Position numbers and translations under genes: made by a program
In this document: positions 37,764-48,198 of the stretch, piece by piece
How positions within the stretch are numbered: position 1 is the first letter of the stretch
Layout of the letters: every line of letters starts with the position of its first letter
The notes under the pieces: model-generated
The model's database searches: none
What the model was told of the DNA's origin: nothing
The model's input: only the letters and a program-made list of their open reading frames with translations
DNA from: Candidatus Phycocordibacter aenigmaticus
Lineage (GTDB): Bacteria > Patescibacteriota > Minisyncoccia > Phycocordibacterales > UBA2163
Reading direction: 5' to 3'
DNA length: 64,000 nucleotides
NCBI GenBank assembly: GCA_002327585.1
Contig: DCWL01000011.1
Location: 8,746 to 72,745 of the forward strand

Positions 37764-39020
37764 CTATTTTATAATATCCTTTCCGATATATTCTCTCAAC
37801 ACTTCAGGCACATTTATTGAACCGTCTTCATTCTGATTGTTCTCTATTAATGGAATGAGGATACGCGGAGCCGCAATTGTCGTATTGTTAAGAGAGTGTG
37901 CAAACTTTGCTTTCCCCTCTTTATCTTTGTATTTAATATTCAGCCGCCTTGTCTGGAAATCATGAAAATATGAAGATGAATGAGTTTCTCTGTATTTTTT
38001 CTCAGACGGTATCCAGCTTTCAATGTCGTATTTTTTAACCTGCCCGAGCCCAAGATCTCCCCCTGAGTTTATAACAATCCTGTATGGAATGTTAAGCGCC
38101 TGCATTATCTTCTCGGAGTTCTTCGTAATCTCTTCATGCAGTCTCACAGACTCTTCATGGCTTGCCTCGCAGAGCACGACTTGCTCTAATTTGAAGAATT
38201 CATGAACGCGCATGAGGCCTTTTGTGTCTTTGCCGTGGCTTCCCGCTTCACGCCTGAAGCACGGAGAAAAAGCCAGGAATTTAATCGGTAGATTTTTTCT
38301 GTCAAGAACTTCGTCCATATAATAGCCCATCATCGGCACTTCCGATGTGCCGGCAAGATAGCTTTCGTCCTGTGTTTTATACAAATCTTCTTCACTTTGA
38401 GGAAGAAAACCTGTCCCTAAAAAAGATTCTTTGTTTAAAAGCGATGGCACTACGGTCTTGGTAAATCCTTTGAGATTATCCTGCACGAACTGAAATAGTG
38501 CAAATTGCAAGTTCACGCTATCTCCTTTCAGCACATACCCCCTGAAACCTGCGATTTTTGTACCGCGCTCAAAATCAACCATATCCAAATTCTCCATCAG
38601 TTCAATATGACTTTTCGGTTCAAAAGAAAACTCCGGCTGATTACCCCACTTTCTTATCTCTTTATTATCCGCGTCACTCTCTCCTTCCGGTACCGACATA
38701 TCAGGAATGTTCGGCACACGTACCATTATATACTGCCACTCCTTTACTACTTCTTTCAGCTCACTCTCTTCCACTGAAAGAACATCTTTTAGCATCTTCA
38801 TTTTACTTATCAAATGTTCTTTCTCCGATTGATCAGTTATATTCGCAATCTGGTCAGAAACCGTGTTGTGCTCCGCTTTTTTTGCCTCATATGAAGCAAT
38901 CTTTTTCTTTCTTTCGTCATCAACAGAAATCAAGCGGTCAATGTCAATCTCAATATGCTTCTTTTTTGCGGCAGCTTTTACCAAATCCTTATTTTCTCTG
39001 ATAAATTTTATGTCTAACAT
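37764..39020 (-). CDS. serS: Serine--tRNA ligase
   Basis: MLDIKFIREN, GTSEVP, CFRREAG, GLMRVHEF.K.E. Confidence 0.98.
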   Translation of the reverse strand: MLDIKFIRENKDLVKAAAKKKHIEIDIDRLISVDDERKKKIASYEAKKAEHNTVSDQIANITDQSEKEHLISKMKMLKDVLSVEESELKEVVKEWQYIMVRVPNIPDMSVPEGESDADNKEIRKWGNQPEFSFEPKSHIELMENLDMVDFERGTKIAGFRGYVLKGDSVNLQFALFQFVQDNLKGFTKTVVPSLLNKESFLGTGFLPQSEEDLYKTQDESYLAGTSEVPMMGYYMDEVLDRKNLPIKFLAFSPCFRREAGSHGKDTKGLMRVHEFFKLEQVVLCEASHEESVRLHEEITKNSEKIMQALNIPYRIVINSGGDLGLGQVKKYDIESWIPSEKKYRETHSSSYFHDFQTRRLNIKYKDKEGKAKFAHSLNNTTIAAPRILIPLIENNQNEDGSINVPEVLREYIGKDIIK

Positions 39021-39097
39021 GATAGAAAATTAAAATGCAAAATGGCAATGCAAAATATAAAATGTATAATTAAGATAATAACAGAAAAAGCCTAATT

Positions 39098-39952
39098 ATG
39101 GAAATGCATACATTAACACCTGAAGAATTCCCAGAACTCTTAAAAGAGATACCAGATAAACCAAAGAAATTGTTTGTAAAGGGCGAACTCCCGCCAAATG
39201 ATATGAAATTTCTCTGTGTTGTCGGCTCACGGAAATACTCTCCTTACGGAAAAGAGGTCTGCAAGACACTCATTGAAGGCCTGAGGGGATATAATGTGGT
39301 GATTGTCTCAGGGCTTGCGTTTGGAATTGACTCGATTGCCCATGATACAGCCCTTAATGCAGGACTCACAGCAGTAGCGATTCCCGGCTCGGGACTCGGT
39401 GAGAAGGTGCTTTATCCAAGTGCAAACAAAAATCTCGCAAAAAGGATACTTGATGCTGGCGGTGCACTTGTCTCTGAGTTTGAAGAGAATTTCAAAGCGA
39501 CCTATTACAGTTTCCCTCAGAGAAACAGGATTATGGCCGGGCTCTCGCACGCCACTCTTATAATAGAGGCGGAAGAGAAATCCGGAACTCTCATAACATC
39601 TCGCCTTGCGACTGAATACAACAGGGATGTCCTGACTGTCCCTGCTTCAATTTTCTCAGGCAACTCATACGGCCCGCATATGCTTCTTCGACTTGGTGCA
39701 ACACCTGTAACGAAGAGCGAGGATATCTTGGAGGCACTTGGGCTAAAGAATGAAGAAAAACAGCAGACACTCAAACTTGAAGATTTGTCAGAAGATGAGA
39801 AAAAGGTCATCGAAATTTTACAAAGCCCTCTACCACGCGACGAGCTCGTCGCACGGCTCAAATTACCAATTCAGCAGGCAAATATAGCGCTCTCCGCAAT
39901 GGAGTTAAAGGGAATCATAAAAGAGAGTATGGGCGAGATGAGATTGATTTGA
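39098..39952 (+). CDS. dprA: DNA-processing protein DprA
   Basis: VVGSR, VSGLAFGIDS.AH, FPQRNRI, SGTLIT, C-terminal wHTH. Confidence 0.96.
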   Translation: MEMHTLTPEEFPELLKEIPDKPKKLFVKGELPPNDMKFLCVVGSRKYSPYGKEVCKTLIEGLRGYNVVIVSGLAFGIDSIAHDTALNAGLTAVAIPGSGLGEKVLYPSANKNLAKRILDAGGALVSEFEENFKATYYSFPQRNRIMAGLSHATLIIEAEEKSGTLITSRLATEYNRDVLTVPASIFSGNSYGPHMLLRLGATPVTKSEDILEALGLKNEEKQQTLKLEDLSEDEKKVIEILQSPLPRDELVARLKLPIQQANIALSAMELKGIIKESMGEMRLI

Positions 39953-40016
39953 CAAATACATATTTTTATAGTAAATTAATTTCGGTCAATTATCTTTTCT
40001 AAAAGGAGGATAAAAA

Positions 40017-40538
40017 GTGAAGAAAGAAAGATTTATTGGTTTGGTAATTTTAACCAAGACAGAAGATCTCGGATGGATAGCTATCTTGCGCCGGAGAGGA
40101 TGGTTTAGCATTGAGAAGATAGCTTCTCAGCATTTTCAGGGAGTGTGTCAGGTGACTGTTAATGGTAAATGCAAGGAAGGAGAAAGTCCTATAGAAGCTC
40201 TTGTACGAAAAATGAAAGAAGGATTTGGACTTGAATTCTGCAAAGAGTTTGATTTATCAACATTTCATAATAGATGTGTTGAGTTAAATCAAAAGGAGAC
40301 AAACAGGAAAATGGTCATAACATATGGAATTATAATTCCATTTGAGTTAGTTCTAAAAATTAGGATTGACAATCCTTTTGACAGATTGGAAAAGTTAATG
40401 AAAAAACAGGCATTTAGTGACCATATAAGAAAAGTTAATGAAGCCGACAAAGAAAAGGGTATTCAAAACATGAATATGATAGCAATGTTTCCTGATGAAA
40501 AGAAAGCCGTGTTATCAGCGTTTGAAAAGCTCACTTAA
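40017..40538 (+). CDS. Degenerate Nudix-fold protein (orphan cassette)
   Basis: GKCKEGESPIEALVRKMKEGFGL resembles a Nudix box; promoter TTGACA-17-TAAATT (39949-39977), SD AAGGAGG, terminator 40557-40592. Confidence 0.65.
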   Translation: MKKERFIGLVILTKTEDLGWIAILRRRGWFSIEKIASQHFQGVCQVTVNGKCKEGESPIEALVRKMKEGFGLEFCKEFDLSTFHNRCVELNQKETNRKMVITYGIIIPFELVLKIRIDNPFDRLEKLMKKQAFSDHIRKVNEADKEKGIQNMNMIAMFPDEKKAVLSAFEKLT

Positions 40539-40629
40539 AAAATCTTTGCAATTATCAGAAGCCCAGTAAATATATTTGCTGGGCTTTTATTATTTGCAAA
40601 ATAAAACTTTTTATAGTAAATGTAAACAT

Positions 40630-42798
40630 ATGAGTAAATTATTAATTGTTGAGTCGCCTGCAAAGGCAAAAACTATATCGAAATATCTTGATGGTAAATA
40701 TGCTGTCAAAGCAAGTATCGGACACGTTCGCGACCTACCTAAAAGCAACAAAAAGGCAATTGATATTGAAGGAGGATTCATTCCGCACTACGAAGTTGTT
40801 AAAGGAAAAGAAAAGGTTATTAGGGAAATAAAAGACAATGCCCAAAAAGCTGATGAGATACTTCTTGCCACAGACCCCGACCGAGAGGGCGAAGCTATAG
40901 CATGGCATCTTGCTCAAGTCCTTAAGACTGGAAATCCAAAACGAGTTGTTTTTAACGAGATAACGAAAGATGCAGTGCAAGAAGCCCTAAAACATCCAAG
41001 AGAAATAGACGACCGGCTTCGCAAAGCGCAAGAAGCACGCCGTGTGCTTGACCGTCTTGTCGGTTATGATTTGTCGGGGCTGATATGGAAAAAAGTGAGA
41101 TATGGGCTCTCTGCCGGCCGTGTGCAGTCCCCTGCACTCCGCATCATTATGGAGCGGGAGCGGGAGATCAGGAGCTTCAAGCCAGAGGACTTTTGGATAA
41201 TAACAGCCGATGTTAAGAACAAAAATAACTCGCAGTTTGTACTTACCTGCTCTGAGGAGCCCACAGAGAAAAAAGAAATGCAGAAGATAATGGATGCAGG
41301 AAAGAATGGGAAGTGGAGCATAACCAATATCAAAGAAAATGAAATGAAGCGCGCACCAAGAACTCCGTTTATAACCTCAACTCTTCAGCAGAGTGCAAGT
41401 ACACGGCTTTCATTTGTACCTTCAAAGACAATGTCTATAGCGCAGAAACTCTACGAAGCCGGTCACATCACATATATGCGCACGGACAGCACGACAATGA
41501 GTAGCTTAGCTCACGGTCAGATAGAAAAAATGGTTGAAAAAAAATACGGCAAACAATATTTACAGATGCGAGTGTATAAAACTAAAAGCAGGCTCGCACA
41601 GGAAGCGCATGAAGCTATAAGACCGACAAATATATTAAAAGAATCGGCTGGAAATACGAATGAGCAAAAAAAACTCTATCGGCTGATCTGGCAGAGAACC
41701 GTTGCATCACAGATGACAGATGCAAAGCTTCTAAAAACAAAGATGATAGTAAAAGTCGCTGACGGCGAAGTTCCAGATTTCACTACAAACGGCTCTCGCA
41801 CTTTATTTGACGGATGGCTCAAAGTCGATCCGTCCGCTGCAGGAGAGGATGTAGAACTTCCAAAAGTAGATGTTGGTGAGATTCTTAAACTGATTGAGAT
41901 GCACTCTGAGGAAAGACAAACTCAGCCGCCTTTCCGCTACACAGAAGCCGGCCTTATAAAAGAGCTTGAAAAAAGAGGCATCGGACGCCCTTCTACATAT
42001 GCTTCTATTATGAAAACGCTCAATGAGCGCGGATATGTGACAAAAGAAGGAAAAACCCTTTTCCCTACCGATACAGGAGATGTAGTAAGCACATTCCTTG
42101 AAAACAATTTCAAAAAATATATAAGCGATTCTTTTACTGCAGAGATGGAAAATGAGCTTGATGAAATTGCAAGTGGAGAGCGGGAATATATAAAGACATT
42201 ATCTGATTTTTATACACCATTTACAGAAGATGTGAATTCGAAAAAAGATATAGAGAAAATTACCAACTTAGGTGATGCACCTAAAGAGCATAAATGTCCT
42301 AAGTGTGGAGCAGATATGATTATAAAGCTCGGAAAAACTGGGAAGTTCTTGAGCTGCTCCAAATTCCCTAATTGTCCTGGCGCACGTATGATAGATGGAG
42401 AAGAGCTTAAAGGTCCGAAAGAGACGGGAGAGGAATGTCCTGAATGCAAGTCTGGGAAGCTCGTGGAGCGTGATGGAAGATTTGGAAGATTTATTTCCTG
42501 CAACAACTACCCTAAATGTAAATTTATAAAACAAAGCGCAGAGGAGGAAGCTCGGGTTAAAACTGGAGTGAAATGCAATAAATGCAGTACGGGTGAAATG
42601 ATAGAAAAAAGAGGACGTTACGGAATATTTTACAGTTGTTCAAATTATCCAAAGTGCAAATATGCTATAAAAGCGCAACCGACAGGTAATATTTGCAAAC
42701 TATGCGGCTCCTTGGAGATGCAGGGAACAAAAACAATCCCAGAGCGCTGTTCTGAGAAAACCTGTCCCAACCACAATCCACATAAGTTGGAAAAATAA
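40630..42798 (+). CDS. topA: DNA topoisomerase I
   Basis: IVESPAKAKTI, ATDPDREGE, SAGRVQS, ITYMRTD, C-terminal Zn ribbons. Confidence 0.99.
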   Translation: MSKLLIVESPAKAKTISKYLDGKYAVKASIGHVRDLPKSNKKAIDIEGGFIPHYEVVKGKEKVIREIKDNAQKADEILLATDPDREGEAIAWHLAQVLKTGNPKRVVFNEITKDAVQEALKHPREIDDRLRKAQEARRVLDRLVGYDLSGLIWKKVRYGLSAGRVQSPALRIIMEREREIRSFKPEDFWIITADVKNKNNSQFVLTCSEEPTEKKEMQKIMDAGKNGKWSITNIKENEMKRAPRTPFITSTLQQSASTRLSFVPSKTMSIAQKLYEAGHITYMRTDSTTMSSLAHGQIEKMVEKKYGKQYLQMRVYKTKSRLAQEAHEAIRPTNILKESAGNTNEQKKLYRLIWQRTVASQMTDAKLLKTKMIVKVADGEVPDFTTNGSRTLFDGWLKVDPSAAGEDVELPKVDVGEILKLIEMHSEERQTQPPFRYTEAGLIKELEKRGIGRPSTYASIMKTLNERGYVTKEGKTLFPTDTGDVVSTFLENNFKKYISDSFTAEMENELDEIASGEREYIKTLSDFYTPFTEDVNSKKDIEKITNLGDAPKEHKCPKCGADMIIKLGKTGKFLSCSKFPNCPGARMIDGEELKGPKETGEECPECKSGKLVERDGRFGRFISCNNYPKCKFIKQSAEEEARVKTGVKCNKCSTGEMIEKRGRYGIFYSCSNYPKCKYAIKAQPTGNICKLCGSLEMQGTKTIPERCSEKTCPNHNPHKLEK

Positions 42799-42843
42799 AA
42801 AATCCCGCATAGACAAAGTTTGAATTTTGTCTATGTGGGATTC
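42797..42843. terminator. Hairpin terminator between convergent topA and ORF 42865-43077
   Basis: AATCCCGCATAGACAAA / TTTGTCTATGTGGGATT 17-bp stem. Confidence 0.8.
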
Positions 42844-42864
42844 TAAAGATGTGAAGCAGGAAAA

Positions 42865-43077
42865 TTAATATTCTTTGTTGCACTTTATGTTGAAATATAC
42901 CGTGAAGTACACCAAGGGATTCAATATCCCGAAAAAGGTTACTAACACTATTCCGCCATATAATAAAGCGCTATCCCCATTGATGAGACCCTCCACCAGA
43001 ACTGCAATAGATAAGATCAAAATAATGATCATTATCGGTCTTGATATGCCATTCCATGTCTTCAATTTCATACTCAT
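42865..43077 (-). CDS. Small two-TM protein, 70 aa (orphan cassette)
   Basis: Promoter TTGATT-17-TAATCT (43145-43117), SD GGGAGG. Confidence 0.65.
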   Translation of the reverse strand: MSMKLKTWNGISRPIMIIILILSIAVLVEGLINGDSALLYGGIVLVTFFGILNPLVYFTVYFNIKCNKEY

Positions 43078-43189
43078 CCTCCCTAAAAAGTTAAAAACCT
43101 TTTATATTCCCTAAAGAGATTACTACAGTCTCTCAAAAAAATCAAGGGGTGCCATTTGCAATAAATATCTAAAGGAATAAAATGGGCTT

Positions 43190-44767
43190 ATGAGCACAAA
43201 AGATATTATCAGCCTGATGGACTCGCCAACTGGCGCAGACAAAGAGTTTATCACAAAAGCATATAAATTTGCTGAACACGCGCACAAGGATCAAAGAAGA
43301 AACTCCAGAGATCTGTATATTGTGCATCTGTGCGAAACTGCAAAAATCCTCGCAGGGCTTGGTATGGGCGTAAAAACTGTTGCGGCTGGACTTCTGCACG
43401 ATACAATAGAGGATGTTGGGGTTACAGAGGAGCAACTTCGGAAAAAATTCGGAGATGAAATTTTATATCTCGTGCAGGGTGTAACAGGGCTTGGAATGCT
43501 AAGATATAGAGGTCAGAAAAAACATGCCGAGAGTTTGCGCAAGCTTTTCGTGGTGACATCACAAGACATAAGGATTCTCATAATAAAGCTTGCAGATCGT
43601 CTTCATAATATGAGAACGCTTCAATACAACAACAAAGAAAGCCAGAAAAGAAATGCTTTGGAAACCCTTGAGATATACGCGCAGATTGCAGACCGCCTTG
43701 GAATGGGTCAGATGAAGGGAGAACTGGAAGATCTTGCTTTCCCGTATGTTTATCCGGATAAATACCAAGAAGTAAGGAAATTAAGAAAACAAAGAGGAAA
43801 AGAAACACTGAAGAGACTTGTAAAAATTGACAAATCTCTTAAAAAGGAACTGGCAAAAAATGAAATAATAAATTTCAGGACTGACTACAGAATGAAACAG
43901 CTCTACAGCCTCTACCAGAAACTTGAAAGAAAGGAGCATAACATTGAAAAAATCCGCGACATATCGGCTCTCAGAATAATCGTGCCCACCGTGAGCGATT
44001 GCTATAAAATTCTCGGGATAATACACGGTCTCTGGAGACCACTTCCCGGAGAAATCAAAGACTATATCGCATTCCCGCGCCCAAACGGCTATCGTTCCCT
44101 GCATACAACAATCTTCACAGGTGATGGAGGAATTATTGAAATACAAATACGAACAGAGGAAATGCATAAAGAGTCGGAGTACGGAATCGCATCGCATATA
44201 TCATATAAAGGAGGTCTTGAAGGAAAAAGAAAGAAAACAAATCTTTTATGGTTTCGGGATCTTTTCTCTTCAAGGATACGCGGCAGGATAAAACAATTCC
44301 AAGATAAAAGAGCCGAGAAAAAAATAAAAAAGAAATCCACTAAAAAACAGCGCGAGAATGCGTATGAAAAACCAAAATACTCTATCAGCAAAGTACCCGC
44401 GTGGATAAAGCAGATCGCAGAAGAGCAGAAAAGTGTTCCTGAGTCAGAAGAATTTTTGGAGGACTTGAAATCTGATTTCTTCAGCCATAGAGTATTCGTG
44501 TTCACTCCAAAAGGAGATGTGATTGACCTTCCTGCCGACTCAAGCCCTATTGATTTTGCTTACGCCGTCCACTCGGATATCGGAAATCATGTTTTTGGCA
44601 CAAAAGTCAATGATAAGCTTGTCTCTCTTGATACGAAACTTAAAAACGGCGATATAGTGGAAATAGAAACAAAGGAGTCAAGCCACCCGACACGAAAGTG
44701 GCTTGATACTGCAAAGACATCAGTGGCACAGAGGCATATACGTAGCGCAATCACCAAGAAAGATTAA
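43190..44767 (+). CDS. RelA/SpoT homologue (HD, synthetase, TGS)
   Basis: LLHDTIED, KLADRLHNMRTL, NGYRSLHT, EIQIRT, DFAYAVHS; ends shortly after TGS. Confidence 0.95.
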   Translation: MSTKDIISLMDSPTGADKEFITKAYKFAEHAHKDQRRNSRDLYIVHLCETAKILAGLGMGVKTVAAGLLHDTIEDVGVTEEQLRKKFGDEILYLVQGVTGLGMLRYRGQKKHAESLRKLFVVTSQDIRILIIKLADRLHNMRTLQYNNKESQKRNALETLEIYAQIADRLGMGQMKGELEDLAFPYVYPDKYQEVRKLRKQRGKETLKRLVKIDKSLKKELAKNEIINFRTDYRMKQLYSLYQKLERKEHNIEKIRDISALRIIVPTVSDCYKILGIIHGLWRPLPGEIKDYIAFPRPNGYRSLHTTIFTGDGGIIEIQIRTEEMHKESEYGIASHISYKGGLEGKRKKTNLLWFRDLFSSRIRGRIKQFQDKRAEKKIKKKSTKKQRENAYEKPKYSISKVPAWIKQIAEEQKSVPESEEFLEDLKSDFFSHRVFVFTPKGDVIDLPADSSPIDFAYAVHSDIGNHVFGTKVNDKLVSLDTKLKNGDIVEIETKESSHPTRKWLDTAKTSVAQRHIRSAITKKD

Positions 44768-45750
44768 ATGGAGAAATTCTTAATGGAGTACAAGTCTTCT
44801 TCTCCAACACTCTCTGAGGTCGAGGCTCCGATCTCTTCGAGCGTCGGGGCTTCTTCTTTTTGTAGTTCTTCTCTATTTTCAGATATGAATTTTTCAACTC
44901 TTATACGCCCGTCCTGATTATCACTTGCATTCAGGATATCTAAAATTCCGCGAAGATCATCCGCCGAAAAGAAATCAATTGTTAGTTTCCCGCCGACTTC
45001 CTTTTTCTCAATCACTACCCGCGTACCAAGAGTCTCTGTAAGCTTGTTTTCAAGTTCCACCATTTCAGGATCAAAACTTCGTGTATGTTTTCTTACTCTG
45101 TCTGTGGCAATTCTCCGTGATATCGCCTCTGCTTCACGAACAGTAAGTTTTTTCATAACAATTTCCTTAAACAATGTCTTCTGCTCTTCTGGCCTGTCAG
45201 CAAGCATCATAACCGGCCTTGCATGGCCTTCAGCTATAGTGCCTTCGGAGAGCGCCTGCTGAACCTCCTCCGGCAGAGAAAGAAGTCGTATGCTGTTTGA
45301 AACATACTCGCGGCTTTTGCCGACTTTTTGCCCAACTTCTCCATGCTTGAAATTAAATTCATTCACTAAACGAGAAAAAGCGTACGCTCTGTCAACGGGA
45401 TTGAGATCTTCGCGCTGGAGATTTTCAATTATAGCGAGCTCAAGCTTTATTCTTCCGTCATCCTCCGTTGTTCTTATTATCACAGGCACTTGAGTGATGC
45501 CGGCAATTTCTGAGGCTTTTAATCTGCGTTCGCCAGCAATAAGTTCATACTGAGCGGAGAGCCCGCCGTCATCTCTTTGATGTTCTTTGCGCGTTACAAC
45601 AAGTGGCTGGAGAACGCCATACTGGCGGATGGAATCCGCCAAATCATTGAGCTTCAAGGGATTAAATTCCCTTCTAGGCTGATAGGGATTTGGTTTTATT
45701 TTGTCCAGCTCAATCCAATATATTGAGTCATTGTGGAATTGCTGTGTCAT
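44764..45750 (-). CDS. parB: ParB/Spo0J partition protein
   Basis: PNPYQPR, GVLQP, IAGERR, IENLQREDL, HTH. Confidence 0.96.
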   Translation of the reverse strand: MTQQFHNDSIYWIELDKIKPNPYQPRREFNPLKLNDLADSIRQYGVLQPLVVTRKEHQRDDGGLSAQYELIAGERRLKASEIAGITQVPVIIRTTEDDGRIKLELAIIENLQREDLNPVDRAYAFSRLVNEFNFKHGEVGQKVGKSREYVSNSIRLLSLPEEVQQALSEGTIAEGHARPVMMLADRPEEQKTLFKEIVMKKLTVREAEAISRRIATDRVRKHTRSFDPEMVELENKLTETLGTRVVIEKKEVGGKLTIDFFSADDLRGILDILNASDNQDGRIRVEKFISENREELQKEEAPTLEEIGASTSESVGEEDLYSIKNFSI

Positions 45751-45827
45751 ATTGCGACTATTGTATCATAAAAAAATTATGCACGAAAATTGATTTGTGT
45801 GAGAAATTTCAGTACACTATTTCTACT

Positions 45828-45909
45828 GCCTAGGTGGCGGAATTGGTTTACGCGCACGACTCAAAATCGTGTGGAGAAATCCATGTGGGTTCGACTCCCA
45901 CCCTAGGCA
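45828..45909 (+). tRNA. tRNA-Leu (CAA)
   Basis: GCCTAGG/CCTAGGC acceptor, CACGA-CT-CAA-AA-TCGTG, long variable arm. Confidence 0.96.
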
Positions 45910-45954
45910 TTGATTTTTTATACAATTGTTGGAAGCAAGATATTCAATAGTTTT

Positions 45955-46575
45955 TTAAATCTTGCCTACTAAATCAAGCCCCGGCTCGAGAGTATCGTCT
46001 CCAGGATTCCAGCTTGCTGGACATACTTTATTACCATGCTTGCGAACGAACTTTGACGCCTGAAGTTTTCTTAAGAGCTCTTTTGAATTTCGTCCTACAT
46101 TGTTGTTATTTATCTCAGCAATCTGAAGCACTCCATCGGGGTCAATGATGAAGCTTCCCCTTAGCGTAATTCCTTCATCTTCTATTAAAACTCCAAGAAT
46201 TTCTGAAAGCGTGTGATTTGCATCAGATGCCATCGGAAATTTAATCTTCCCTATTGCTTTGGACTTATCGTGCCATGCTTTATGCACGAAAACCGTATCA
46301 GTGCTTACCGATACGACTTCAGCATCCTCCTTTTTAAAAGTCTCGTAGCTATCAGCCATCTCTTCAAGCTCCGTCGGGCAGACAAATGTAAAATCAGCTG
46401 GATAAAAGAAAAGTATTAGCCACTTGTCCTTAAAGTCAGAGATTTTCATCTCTTTTATATCACTCTCATAAAATGCGCTGAACTTTATATCTGGCATCTT
46501 GTCTCCAATGCTGATTGATTGGTTGCAACAGCCAAAATTATTACAGAGCCTGCAATTATTTTCTTTTTTTGACAT
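45955..46575 (-). CDS. ahpC: 2-Cys peroxiredoxin AhpC
   Basis: FYPADFTFVCPTE, VCPASW, LDLVGKI. Confidence 0.96.
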   Translation of the reverse strand: MSKKENNCRLCNNFGCCNQSISIGDKMPDIKFSAFYESDIKEMKISDFKDKWLILFFYPADFTFVCPTELEEMADSYETFKKEDAEVVSVSTDTVFVHKAWHDKSKAIGKIKFPMASDANHTLSEILGVLIEDEGITLRGSFIIDPDGVLQIAEINNNNVGRNSKELLRKLQASKFVRKHGNKVCPASWNPGDDTLEPGLDLVGKI

Positions 46576-46616
46576 ATCATTTAAATAAGATTATTAATAC
46601 AGTATTATTAAATCAT

Positions 46617-47513
46617 ATGCGAGAAAAAAATCCAAAGATTATAGTTATCTTAGGTCCGACCGCAACTGGAAAAAGCGATCTGGCAGTGAAACTTGCCAAA
46701 AAATTCGATGGGGAGATTATTTCTGCTGACTCAAGGCAGGTTTATAGAGGGCTTGATATAGGAAGCGGTAAAATAACTAAAAAGGAAATGGGGGGCGTAC
46801 CGCATTATCTGATTGATATTGCAAACCCAAAAAGGAAGTTTAGCGTTGCGCAGTATAAAAAGCTCGCAGATAAAAAGATTACGGAAATTCATAAAATCAG
46901 AAAAACTCCATTTATAGTCGGTGGAACAGGTTTCTATATTCAGGCAATTGTGGACAATCTTATCTTACCGGAAGTAAAGCCAAATTATAAATTACGCAGG
47001 CAGCTTGAGAGAAAATCAGCGAAAGAACTGTTTATAATTTTAAAGAAATTAGACAAAGATCGGGCACAGGAGATTGAAAGAGATAATCCCCGGAGGCTGA
47101 TACGCGCCATTGAGATCGCACGAGAGCTTGGGAAGGTTCCGAAATTAAAGATAAAGCCTAAATATGCCACGTTTCAGGTAGGACTTAAACTGCCTGAGAA
47201 AAAACTATATGAAAAAATTCACAAACGACTGTTAAAACGTATGAAAAATGGAATGTTATCTGAAGCACGGCGTCTTCGCCGACGAGGCCTGGCGTGGAAA
47301 CGTTTAGAAGCGCTCGGACTTGAATATCGTTACATGGCACTATATTTGCAAGATATAATCAATGAGAAAGAAATGCTTTCAAAAATTGAGACAGGAAGCC
47401 AGCGCTTCGCTAAGCGCCAAATGAGATGGTTCAAACGTGATCCTCGAATAAACTGGTTTAGCCCGAATGAATCAAGAAAAATAGAAAAAAAAGTGAGGGA
47501 GTTTATAAAATAA
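46617..47513 (+). CDS. miaA: tRNA dimethylallyltransferase
   Basis: GPTATGKS, SADSRQVY, VGGTGFY, AKRQMRWF; start set at MREK. Confidence 0.97.
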   Translation: MREKNPKIIVILGPTATGKSDLAVKLAKKFDGEIISADSRQVYRGLDIGSGKITKKEMGGVPHYLIDIANPKRKFSVAQYKKLADKKITEIHKIRKTPFIVGGTGFYIQAIVDNLILPEVKPNYKLRRQLERKSAKELFIILKKLDKDRAQEIERDNPRRLIRAIEIARELGKVPKLKIKPKYATFQVGLKLPEKKLYEKIHKRLLKRMKNGMLSEARRLRRRGLAWKRLEALGLEYRYMALYLQDIINEKEMLSKIETGSQRFAKRQMRWFKRDPRINWFSPNESRKIEKKVREFIK

Positions 47514-47547
47514 ACGACTCAATATATTGAGCCGCTTATTTTATTTG

Positions 47548-47618
47548 CGGGTCCACCAGGACTCGAACCTGGAACGTCGGTTTTGGAAACCGAAATTTTA
47601 CCATTAAACTATAGACCC
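47548..47618 (-). tRNA. tRNA-Trp (CCA)
   Basis: GGGTCTA/TGGACCC acceptor, TCGGT-TT-CCA-AA-ACCGA, GGTTCGAGTCC. Confidence 0.95.
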
Positions 47619-47624
47619 ACTGCT

Positions 47625-47783
47625 TTATTTTTTGGATTCTTTATGAACAATTTGCTTTTTGCACCATTTGCAGTATTTTTTGAGCTCTATTTTGCGCTCC
47701 ACTTTTTTCTTGTTCTTGCGACTCCAATAATTAATCCTTTTACATTTTTCGCAAGCAAGCTTTATTAATCTGTCTTGTGACAT
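47625..47783 (-). CDS. rpmG: 50S ribosomal protein L33 (Zn-binding form), absent from ORF track
   Basis: MSQDRLIKLACEKCKRINYWSRKNKKKVERKIELKKYCKWCKKQIVHKESKK. Confidence 0.97.
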   Translation of the reverse strand: MSQDRLIKLACEKCKRINYWSRKNKKKVERKIELKKYCKWCKKQIVHKESKK

Positions 47784-47794
47784 ATTATTTCATT

Positions 47795-48190
47795 TTATCT
47801 GCACTCTATCTTATTCCACGTACCAAGCTTTCCACCACCAACAAACGCTTTCATTATAGTGTCGACTATAAGAAATGCTGCGAGTACAAAGATAAGGCCA
47901 AAAAATACATTCCAGAATATCTTGTGAGCACTTTTGAGCCTCTCCTGATTACCACCTGCGGTAAGATATTTAAAGCCCGCATATACAAACATCAATGTCG
48001 CAACAACAACCGCCAAATATATCAAAAAATTAATGATATTTTGTATTAATGTTGTAATGTCACAAAATCCACAAATTCCGTCTGGAGCACACTTTGGTAC
48101 AATCTGTCCTACAAAAGGTGCTGCTTGGATACTTGCAATAGGCACGAGAAGTATTGCAAGTATAAAAAAGAAAATAAGTGCTTTTTTCAT
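47795..48190 (-). CDS. TrbC/VirB2-like pilin
   Basis: Signal peptide, Cys motif, two TMs, YAGFKYLTAGGN...A pattern. Confidence 0.75.
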   Translation of the reverse strand: MKKALIFFFILAILLVPIASIQAAPFVGQIVPKCAPDGICGFCDITTLIQNIINFLIYLAVVVATLMFVYAGFKYLTAGGNQERLKSAHKIFWNVFFGLIFVLAAFLIVDTIMKAFVGGGKLGTWNKIECR

Positions 48191-48198
48191 TAAATTAA

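Noticed and set aside
47548-47618. Recoded genetic code (UGA=Gly, code 25)
   Set aside because: Conserved genes such as rseP and dprA end at TGA at expected lengths, and long ORFs are intact under code 11
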